Positions 57,195-64,000 of a DNA stretch of 64,000 nucleotides are shown here, in pieces. Source of the DNA: an uncultured Pseudomonadota bacterium (GTDB lineage Bacteria; Oederibacteriota; Muellerivitia; Muellerivitales; Muellerivitaceae). The position numbers were made by a program, and so were the translations under genes. The notes under the pieces were generated by a model. That model worked only from the letters and a program-made list of their open reading frames with translations. It made no database searches and was not told the DNA's origin. How positions within the stretch are numbered: the first letter of the stretch is position 1; each line of letters begins with the position of its first letter. Where the stretch lies: the NCBI GenBank assembly GCA_963770835.1, contig CAVYRH010000004.1:715339-779338 (forward strand). The letters are read 5' to 3'.

Positions 57195-57610
57195 TCCTGC
57201 TCGATACAAATATTCTTTCCGCATTGATGCTTCGGGAACCGGATACTGCTGTCGTTTCATGGTTGGATCGCCAGTCCGTTGAATCGGTTTGGACCACGAC
57301 GATCACCGTATTTGAGATTCGGTTTGGCCTCGAGAACCTGGCGGGTGGGAAAAGACGGCATCAACTGGAAGACATTTTTAACCAAGCCTTGGAAATTGAT
57401 TTGGAAGGCCGGGTCCTACCATTTGACCTGGCTGCGGCCCGGGCGTCTGCCTCGATCGCGGCCCAACAAAGAAAAATAGGGCGTCCGGTTGAGATTCGAG
57501 ATGTCCAGATTGCCGGGATCGCTTTGGCCAACAAGGCAACCTTGGCCACCCGCAATATTCGGCATTTTCAAGGGCTTGGAATCCATCTGATTGATCCATG
57601 GAAAACCTAA
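57191..57610 (+). CDS. FitB/VapC PIN toxin
   Basis: MILLDTNILS, EIRFG, DVQIAGIA, LATRN.RHF, IDPW. Confidence 0.9.
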   Translation: MILLDTNILSALMLREPDTAVVSWLDRQSVESVWTTTITVFEIRFGLENLAGGKRRHQLEDIFNQALEIDLEGRVLPFDLAAARASASIAAQQRKIGRPVEIRDVQIAGIALANKATLATRNIRHFQGLGIHLIDPWKT

Positions 57611-57612
57611 CC

Positions 57613-57640
57613 TGTCCACGACGGGGACCCGGAATGGACA
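57613..57640. repeat. 28-bp hairpin repeat R2
   Basis: TGTCCACGACGGGGACCCGGAATGGACA, 2 nt after the toxin stop. Confidence 0.92.
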
Positions 57641-57682
57641 AGAAGAAAAGTATTTAAAGACCGTTTATTATCGGGAGGCGGG

Positions 57683-58777
57683 ATGAATCGAAATAATTCT
57701 AAAAGCCGGGGTTATGATTTGTTCATCGTTAGTCTCTTCTTCTTCTGTTTCGTATCCTTTTTGTCCCATTTTTTCCTTTTGGGTTTTCTCTTAATAGCAA
57801 TTGGTTTGTTTTTTATTTGGTCGCAAGAAAGGGGGTTCCGAGGGAAAGGGGCTGCCAGGAATGTCCAATATGCAGGCTTTTGGAGGCGATTAGGTAGTTT
57901 GACTGTGGATGGTGGGGTCTTTAGCTCCTTCTTCCTATTTTTATTGTTACTCCTGAGAAAAAATATTTATGACTATTGGATCAATGCTTTTTATTGCCTC
58001 ATTTGCTTGGGGGTTACCCTCTACACTCTCAAGCGATGGAGTCAAACGCCGGGTAAAATGGTGATGGGTATTCATGTCCTTAAAAACGATTTTTCCTCGA
58101 TCACTTTGAAACAAATTTTATTTAGACAAAGTCTGGATGTTTTTTTTAACTTCTGGTGTTTAGTAAAGGCCCTTTTGATCACGGGCGGTATAACAACGGC
58201 AGGTATGTTACTCGTTGGTTCTCAAGATCCATTCAGTTTTCCTTCCAATATTTTAAAAATCATCGAAGACAAATTACCTTATTTTTTTATTATTTGGTAT
58301 TTCAGCGAAATGGTCATACTTTTGATTAACCATAAAAAAAGAGCCCTCCATGATTATTTAGCCGACACGATAGTAGTTGTTAAAAAGAAAAGCGTTCCCC
58401 GGTGGACCTGGTGGGTTGTAGCGGCTTCCATCCTCATCATTTTCAGTGATTTTTATATAAGTTGGATCCACGGCGATTTAGCGGCGGAAACTTTGGCAGC
58501 CAAGGGAGACCCAACTTATGAAGAGATTCTTGGGAATGATTATTTTAGAGGTCGGCGGGGATTTCATAAAGACTACACACTGGCTTTTCAATGGTTCGAG
58601 AAAGCTGCGGTTCAGCAAAATGCAATTGCTCAATATTACTTGGGAGAAATGTACGAAAAAGGTTTGGGAGTGCATCCTGATAAAAATCAAGCCCTTCAAT
58701 GGTATTCCCGCGCTGCGATAAACGGTGATTTGGCGGCCCCGTTAGCCGTGAAAAGGTTGGGGAGGGAAAACAAATAA
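57683..58777 (+). CDS. RDD-domain membrane protein with C-terminal Sel1-like repeats, AT-rich
   Basis: YAGFWRRL, QTPGKMVMGI, KRALHDYLADT; A..WFEKAA.Q....AQYYLGEMY..G.GV. Confidence 0.85.
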   Translation: MNRNNSKSRGYDLFIVSLFFFCFVSFLSHFFLLGFLLIAIGLFFIWSQERGFRGKGAARNVQYAGFWRRLGSLTVDGGVFSSFFLFLLLLLRKNIYDYWINAFYCLICLGVTLYTLKRWSQTPGKMVMGIHVLKNDFSSITLKQILFRQSLDVFFNFWCLVKALLITGGITTAGMLLVGSQDPFSFPSNILKIIEDKLPYFFIIWYFSEMVILLINHKKRALHDYLADTIVVVKKKSVPRWTWWVVAASILIIFSDFYISWIHGDLAAETLAAKGDPTYEEILGNDYFRGRRGFHKDYTLAFQWFEKAAVQQNAIAQYYLGEMYEKGLGVHPDKNQALQWYSRAAINGDLAAPLAVKRLGRENK

Positions 58778-58791
58778 AGTCCAAGTCTACT

Positions 58792-58819
58792 TGTCCACGA
58801 CGGGGACCCTTCGTGGACA
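58792..58819. repeat. 28-bp hairpin repeat R3
   Basis: TGTCCACGACGGGGACCCTTCGTGGACA. Confidence 0.92.
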
Positions 58820-58887
58820 AGGGTGATTGGGCACGTTGACTAGAATGAAAGGGGTGAAAATTGCATGAAATATTTTAGAGGTGAAGC

Positions 58888-59070
58888 GTGAATCTTTTCC
58901 AAAGTCAATGTTCAAAATGTGGGGCTCAGTATTACTTAAACGCTTCCATTTGCCCGAACTGTGGAGACAGGAAGTTTAGCCTATTGACTAATGAGATTTA
59001 TGCGGTTGTATGGTTTGTTGTGGGTGGCATCTGTTGTTTGATTGTGTTGATAAAGCATTTTTTTAAATGA
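58888..59070 (+). CDS. Small zinc-ribbon membrane protein
   Basis: RBS GAGGTG; CSKCG...CPNCG plus C-terminal TM helix. Confidence 0.65.
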   Translation: MNLFQSQCSKCGAQYYLNASICPNCGDRKFSLLTNEIYAVVWFVVGGICCLIVLIKHFFK

Positions 59071-59112
59071 GTCAATCGAAGAAGATCGTTCGGTTAAATG
59101 CGGTTTTCCCAT

Positions 59113-59140
59113 TGTCCACGACGGGGACCCGGATTGGACG
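59113..59140. repeat. 28-bp hairpin repeat R4
   Basis: TGTCCACGACGGGGACCCGGATTGGACG. Confidence 0.9.
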
Positions 59141-59167
59141 ATCTTTTTCGGCAGTTTTGAATGAACC

Positions 59168-59201
59168 TTGACTATCTCCCCAAAAGTCCTACAATGTAGG
59201 A
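59168..59201 (+). promoter_or_regulatory. Promoter and palindromic operator of the HigBA-type module
   Basis: TTGACT-16 nt-TACAAT overlapped by TCCTACA-A-TGTAGGA. Confidence 0.65.
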
Positions 59202-59202
59202 T

Positions 59203-59568
59203 ATGTCAAAAGGATGGGTGATGGAACGACACCATTTTATTCAGTCGCCTATCTATTCGAGACTGATCGACGCAATTCGCGAGGAGGGTTTGCAAGTCGC
59301 GATTGAAGAAGCCATCAATAACAACCCCGTTGGCGGGAAACTTTTAGGGGGCGGCATTCATAAGTTACGAATCGCCTCAACCAAGAGGCCCGAAGGGAAA
59401 AGCGGTGGTTACCGGGTTTGGTACTTTTTCGATGAGCCCGATGACATTTACCTTTTTTTCATCATTGATAAGCGAAAGGCTCCGGATTTAACGGTTGAGC
59501 AGGAAAAGATCCTAGTCCAGGACTTGCGGCAGGCTTTAAGCAAAGGGAAAACAGGAGGGAAGAAATGA
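59203..59568 (+). CDS. RelE/HigB-family toxin
   Basis: GGIHKLRIA...GKSGGYRVWYF; start may be 59221. Confidence 0.85.
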   Translation: MSKGWVMERHHFIQSPIYSRLIDAIREEGLQVAIEEAINNNPVGGKLLGGGIHKLRIASTKRPEGKSGGYRVWYFFDEPDDIYLFFIIDKRKAPDLTVEQEKILVQDLRQALSKGKTGGKK

Positions 59569-59864
59569 ACGATAAAGATTTCAAACTGATGCGGGAGAGT
59601 CTCAAGCAATCGATCGAGATCAAAAAAGGCAAGAAACTCCACGGCATGCGGGAAAGCTACCGGCCAAAACCAGCGACCGCTGATGAAGTAAAAGGTGTTC
59701 GTAAAGCTTTGCATTTAACCCAGGCAGGGTTTGCGGGGGTTGTGGGTGCAAGCCCTAATGCCATTGAACACTGGGAACAGGGCATTCGACGACCGAGTGG
59801 TTCCGCGTCAAAGCTGATCCGCATTCTTAAGTCCCATCCAGAACTGATCTCGGAAATACGCTAA
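59565..59864 (+). CDS. HigA-type XRE antitoxin
   Basis: LTQAGFA...IEHWEQG.RRPSGSA.KL. Confidence 0.87.
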   Translation: MNDKDFKLMRESLKQSIEIKKGKKLHGMRESYRPKPATADEVKGVRKALHLTQAGFAGVVGASPNAIEHWEQGIRRPSGSASKLIRILKSHPELISEIR

Positions 59865-59868
59865 GACC

Positions 59869-59896
59869 TGTCCACGACGGGGACCCGTAGTAGACA
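59869..59896. repeat. 28-bp hairpin repeat R5, abutting the 5' end of intron 1
   Basis: TGTCCACGACGGGGACCCGTAGTAGACA. Confidence 0.9.
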
Positions 59897-59897
59897 T

Positions 59898-60696
59898 CGT
59901 GCCAGAGGAGGGTTTGCAGAGCCAGCAGGTGAGGGAGTAGGCCGATGAGGGTCAACCCAAGTCCTGACCAGGTAATCACCAGAGAGCCTGGAAGTCAGCC
60001 CCCGGCGTAGGATCGAGAGGTCCTGCCCGAAACGGGGTCATAAACCTCATTTAGTGAGGGAACAATCCAGCAGTCCGCAACATCAAGTGAATCCTGCCGC
60101 TTCGTGAATGGGACACCGAAAGGTGCAAGGGGATGCCGAGCCGCGTGTCTACTGGCGAAGGCCACGATCCCGCTGAAGAATCTGGTAGCAAGCGGGGCAA
60201 GTCCTCCGGAGTATGGGGAACGGAATGTTGGAAAGGCTATGCAAGCAAGCTGGGAGATCCTACCCGCCAAAAGACTTGCCGCTATAAGGCTAAAACCGAA
60301 AAGAGGCAAGGGTGGGAGGAAGTCGGAGGGGGTCACAGTACCGATGAAGGGGTGGACAACAAAACCACCCTGAGGGAAGGACCCCTGCTTCAACCATGTG
60401 TCTCAAAGAAGGTAGGCGCTGGAGCATGCCCCAAAAGGGCCAACAACTCTGTAGTACCAAAGCGCGAGGCCTTTGACAACAGGCACTATGCCGAGCGGCC
60501 AAGGGGGAAGTCGAACCTGTAAAGCCGCCGGAGGAGAGGTTGTCGGAAAGCCGTATGATCGAAAAGGTCACGTACGGTTTGACGAGGGGGCGCTGGAAAC
60601 GAAGTGATGAGGGAACCTCGTTGGGGCACGGAACCGGAAACGGGGAAACAGATCAAGGAACCCTCTGCACACCATCGCGCCAGTGCTCTACTCTGC
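59898..60696 (+). ncRNA. ORF-less group II intron (intron 1); 5' boundary uncertain by 1-2 nt
   Basis: (C)GTGCC start; EBS1 hairpin GCC-GCGTGTCTACT-GGC; domain V AAAGCCGTATGATCGAAAAGGTCACGTACGGTTT (~60547-60580); domain VI GGCGCTGGAAACG...CGCGCCAGTGCTCT-A-CTCTGC; no RT ORF. Confidence 0.85.
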
Positions 60697-60756
60697 AGAC
60701 GAAAGGGTCAGGGTGGTCTGGCATCTTTTTTCATGGCGGAACGAGGGGGTGTTTTG

Positions 60757-62034
60757 ATGACTTTTCATTTGAGATCGCTATTTCTTTATTTTGGTTGGAC
60801 CTACTTATTAACGACGTTAAGTTTTGCCCAGGCCCTTGATCCTACCTTGGATAAACTTGGTTTCCATTACATTCCGGCTCTGAAAGTGACCGAAGTGTTG
60901 CCGAATGCCAAGGAGGTGACGGTGCGAGTGGGGAAGGAAAGTTACATTATTCGACAGTCGAAACCGTTCTTTCTTGAGGATGACTGTCTGGTCAAGAACT
61001 TGGAAAACCCGAAACCGGAGGGGGACAACGATTGGTGCTACCAGTCGGCCTATGTCCATTTCTCAAGGCCCAGACGTTACGCCTTTTGGATGGAGTCCAC
61101 GACCAATTGCCGGCTCACATCGGGGAGTTCGTCGGCGTCCTTTTTTGACGGTGACAAGGAGGTTTGGAACGAATCAGGCGGGCCGGACCCGATCATTTTT
61201 TTGAAAATGATCGAACCTTCGGGCACCGTAGCCTATTGCATCGGTCGCAACGGGACCCTTCAAAGCCTCGTCCTTCGCGATGCCACGGGAAAGACCTATT
61301 TTGAGGCGGACGGCGTTATGAACAAAATGCTTTCCGAGAATGGGAAATACCTGGCTTATATGACCGAGAGGCGCGGCCCCGTGACCATCCATCTGGTTTC
61401 CACCGATGATCCGAAGGACCATAAGACTTTCCCGGCCCCCGCGGAATTCGATTGGATCAGCGGGGATGGGAGGCGCCTTTTGACAGGCTCCAGTAATTAC
61501 AAGCTTAAAAATGACCAATGGTGGGGTATCAGCAATGAAGGCAAGATCCTGTTCACCTATGAAGCCGCCAATGTGCCGGACCAAGGCTGGTTGAGTATCG
61601 AAGGGTCTCCTGGCCAAACCGGGGTTGGGACTAAGCCCTTCTTTATAGGTGCCGTGAAGAATGATTCCATCCTCCTTTTTTACGACAAGGCTCGGGGGAA
61701 GGTGGTTTATTTAGGCGCGGAGGATGGAAAGACGATCTTGGAGGTCCCTATTCCAAAAGATATGGACCCCCTTTGGGTCGTTGAGGGGCGGGCTTATGAG
61801 GATGGCGACATGATCGCTTTGGGCAGCTTCCTGAAATCGCCGAACAAGGAAAAAACGATCGCGGGAAGATCGGCTGTCCTATTGAACTTAAAAAGCGAGA
61901 AACTTTGGGAACTTCAGGAGACGGTCGAGAAACCGGTGACCGGCCAGGAGTCCGATCGGCTTTTGGATGAATTCGATGGAAAGGTCGTGTTCCATTTCCA
62001 TACGGAACGCCGTTTTTCTTATGTTGTTAAGTGA
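60757..62034 (+). CDS. Hypothetical secreted protein (beta-propeller-like)
   Basis: RBS GAGGGGG at 60743, signal peptide ending SFA-Q; SENGKYLAY and SGDGRRLL repeats; the ORF-track start at 60604 lies inside intron 1. Confidence 0.7.
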   Translation: MTFHLRSLFLYFGWTYLLTTLSFAQALDPTLDKLGFHYIPALKVTEVLPNAKEVTVRVGKESYIIRQSKPFFLEDDCLVKNLENPKPEGDNDWCYQSAYVHFSRPRRYAFWMESTTNCRLTSGSSSASFFDGDKEVWNESGGPDPIIFLKMIEPSGTVAYCIGRNGTLQSLVLRDATGKTYFEADGVMNKMLSENGKYLAYMTERRGPVTIHLVSTDDPKDHKTFPAPAEFDWISGDGRRLLTGSSNYKLKNDQWWGISNEGKILFTYEAANVPDQGWLSIEGSPGQTGVGTKPFFIGAVKNDSILLFYDKARGKVVYLGAEDGKTILEVPIPKDMDPLWVVEGRAYEDGDMIALGSFLKSPNKEKTIAGRSAVLLNLKSEKLWELQETVEKPVTGQESDRLLDEFDGKVVFHFHTERRFSYVVK

Positions 62035-62044
62035 TGTTTGAAGT

Positions 62045-62055
62045 TGTCCACGACG
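62045..62055. repeat. Left part of hairpin repeat R6, split by intron 2
   Basis: TGTCCACGACG | intron | GGGA (63997-64000) rejoins to the consensus TGTCCACGACGGGGA. Confidence 0.9.
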
Positions 62056-63996
62056 GTGCGTCCAGAAAAGGCAGGTGTGTTCAGCAAGAGATAGTCTTGC
62101 ATGGGTAATAGCCAAAGCCCATTAGCTAGGATGGCAGGCAAGCGGGAAACCAAATGCCTGAAGCCCATCAACAAAGCCATCGAAAGGATGGTGAGCGAGT
62201 CGTCGGGCCGTAACGAAAGTAAATGCACAGGTGGCCCCGAAAACACTTGCCTCGGAGGCTGAGTCCGCCGTCGTGGGACGAAAGCATCATGGGACAGCGC
62301 GGAGAAATGGCTGAAGCGCTGGAACACTCCGACGGGGTGATAGCAACGGCACGAAGACAAGGACACGCCAAGCAACTGGAGAAACCCTCCTTGCCCCAGG
62401 CAGAAATGCTTGGAGAAAGGTAGGCCGTATAACCGTGACGCGGGAAAACGGTCGAAGGTGAGAGGGTTTAGGATGGGTTCATGGTAGCGATGAAGCGGGG
62501 TAATGCCCGTGGAGCGAAGGAACCCTGCTGTTGTTAAGTCCCTCGACAAAACGGAAGGCAGTGACGGTATGAAAAAGACGTCAATTAACCTGCAAGACCT
62601 GAGACGAGAGATATACGTCAAAGCGAAGGCTGAAAAGAACTGGAGTTTCTGGGGACTGTACACCCATGTTTGCAAGATGGAAACGCTTCAACAGGCTTAC
62701 CGAATGGCTAAGGTAAATAACGGAGCCCCTGGAATAGATGGGGTGACGTTTGATGCCATTGAGGAGGCCGGAGTGGAGTCGTTTCTGGAAAGCATCCGGG
62801 GTGAATTAGTTCAAGGCACGTATAAGCCCGTTCGAAACCGGAAGAAGGAAATACCCAAGGGAAATGGGAAGGTAAGAGTCCTTGGGATACCCAACATTCG
62901 GGATAGAGTAGTCCAGGGAGCACTGAAGTTTATTCTGGAACCGATTTTTGAGGCCGATTTTCAAGAAGGGTCCTATGGGTATCGACCCAAGCGGACCGCT
63001 CATGCGGCTGTGAACAGGGTAGCATCGGCAATCGTCTGTAGAAAAACCCGAGTCATTGATGTAGACCTCAAGGCATATTTCGACACGGTAAGGCACGACC
63101 TTCTGATGAAGAAAGTTGCCCGAAGGGTTGAGGATGAAACGGTGTTGAGATTGTTGAGGATGATCCTGAAGGCCAGCGGCAAAAGAGGAGTCCCGCAGGG
63201 AGGGGTTATTTCCCCTCTTCTGGCTAATCTCTACCTCAACGAGGTGGATAAGATGCTGGAAAAGGCAAAAGAAGTGACTCGGCAAGGGAAGAACAACTAT
63301 ATCGAATATGCGAGGTTCGCTGACGATATGGTGATCCTTGTTAATGGATATCCGCAATGGGAATGGTTGGCAAAGGCTGCCTACCGAAGGTTACTTGAAG
63401 AATTGACCAAGCTCGACTTGCAAATCAACACGGACAAGACGCGGATAGCAGACTTAACGAAAGGTGAAAGTTTCGGGTTTCTGGGGTTTGACTTTCGACA
63501 GGTGAAAACCCGTCGAGGGAAATGGGGGGTGAAGTTCACGCCGAAAATGAAGGCGCGAGCAACACTTCTGGGTAAGCTCAAGGAAACATTTGGAAGCTTC
63601 CAATCTCAGCCGGTGCAGAGGGTGATTGAGATTATCAATCCCAAACTGCGTGGGTGGGTGAATTACTTTCGGATAGGGAATTCTAGGCGCTGTTTTAACT
63701 ACGTGGAAAGATGGGTCGAGAATAAAATCAGACGGCATATGATGCGTGCGAAGAAGCTCGACGGTTTTGGGCGGGATAGGTGGAGTAGGGAGTGGATATA
63801 TAAGTATCTGGGGTTGTACAGAAGCTACCAAATACGATATTACCAAGAACCGAAAGCGCTACCCGTCTGATAGGTCACATAAACTTTGACAGGAAAGCAA
63901 CAGGTGAGCGTAGTGCGGGAAATCCGCACGCTACGTTCGAGGAGGCGGGGACTGGAAACGGAGCCAGAAGGCCACCGCACCAGTCCTCGACCCTAC
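62056..63996 (+). mobile_element. Complete RT-encoding group II intron (intron 2)
   Basis: 5' GTGCG; EBS1 hairpin GTCC-GCCGTCGTG-GGAC; domain V TGAGCGTAGTGCGGGAAATCCGCACGCTACGTTCG (~63905-63939); domain VI with bulged A, ends CCCTAC. Confidence 0.95.
62569..63870 (+). CDS. ltrA: Group II intron reverse transcriptase/maturase, no endonuclease domain
   Basis: GAPGIDG, LGIP..RDRVVQ, SYGYRP, GVPQGGVISPLLANLYL, RFADD, FLGF, X domain LRGWVNYF; ends without HNH. Confidence 0.95.
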   Translation: MKKTSINLQDLRREIYVKAKAEKNWSFWGLYTHVCKMETLQQAYRMAKVNNGAPGIDGVTFDAIEEAGVESFLESIRGELVQGTYKPVRNRKKEIPKGNGKVRVLGIPNIRDRVVQGALKFILEPIFEADFQEGSYGYRPKRTAHAAVNRVASAIVCRKTRVIDVDLKAYFDTVRHDLLMKKVARRVEDETVLRLLRMILKASGKRGVPQGGVISPLLANLYLNEVDKMLEKAKEVTRQGKNNYIEYARFADDMVILVNGYPQWEWLAKAAYRRLLEELTKLDLQINTDKTRIADLTKGESFGFLGFDFRQVKTRRGKWGVKFTPKMKARATLLGKLKETFGSFQSQPVQRVIEIINPKLRGWVNYFRIGNSRRCFNYVERWVENKIRRHMMRAKKLDGFGRDRWSREWIYKYLGLYRSYQIRYYQEPKALPV

Positions 63997-64000
63997 GGGA

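Noticed and set aside
57604..57670. Repeats as classical integron attC sites
   Set aside because: ACCTAAC before R2 fits RYYYAAC, but no matching GTTRRRY follows, the other copies lack the motif, and no intI is in the window.
59995..60839. Short ORFs inside intron 1 and the 60604 start of the downstream gene
   Set aside because: They run through ribozyme domains; the downstream gene has a better RBS and signal peptide from 60754/60757.
56787..62055. 28-bp palindromic repeats as a CRISPR array
   Set aside because: Spacing is ~0.3-2.2 kb and contains whole genes, not 30-40-nt spacers; no cas genes in the window.
62569..63870. RT as a DGR, retron or CRISPR-associated reverse transcriptase
   Set aside because: It sits inside a complete group II intron (GTGCG start, domains V and VI) and has a maturase X domain.

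Overview
64 kb of a fairly GC-rich diderm bacterial chromosome (it encodes a TonB-dependent receptor, OmpA and Skp). The core stretch is recR-ybaB-dnaX-SRP RNA, three tRNAs, tadA and metH. Other recognisable blocks are an IS5-family element, a duplicated bstA/yfiT module, deoC, a GAF-GGDEF cyclase, a pqqA-B-C-(D/E fusion) operon, kdpDE, an envelope-stress/ClC cluster and a TetR-controlled EmrAB-SDR unit. Two integrase-free gene-cassette arrays stand out. (1) Downstream of metH, four unrelated accessory modules are each followed by a diverged copy of the metH 3' end (9530, 11732, 12700, 13782). (2) From about 56.1 kb to the window end, three toxin-antitoxin pairs and three membrane/secreted genes are each followed by a 28-bp hairpin repeat TGTCCACGACGGGGACCCNNNNTGGACA. 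Two different group II introns, one RT-encoding and one ORF-less, sit in or against this repeat, and their EBS1 loops are complementary to it. All calls come from reading the sequence and motifs; no database search was run.
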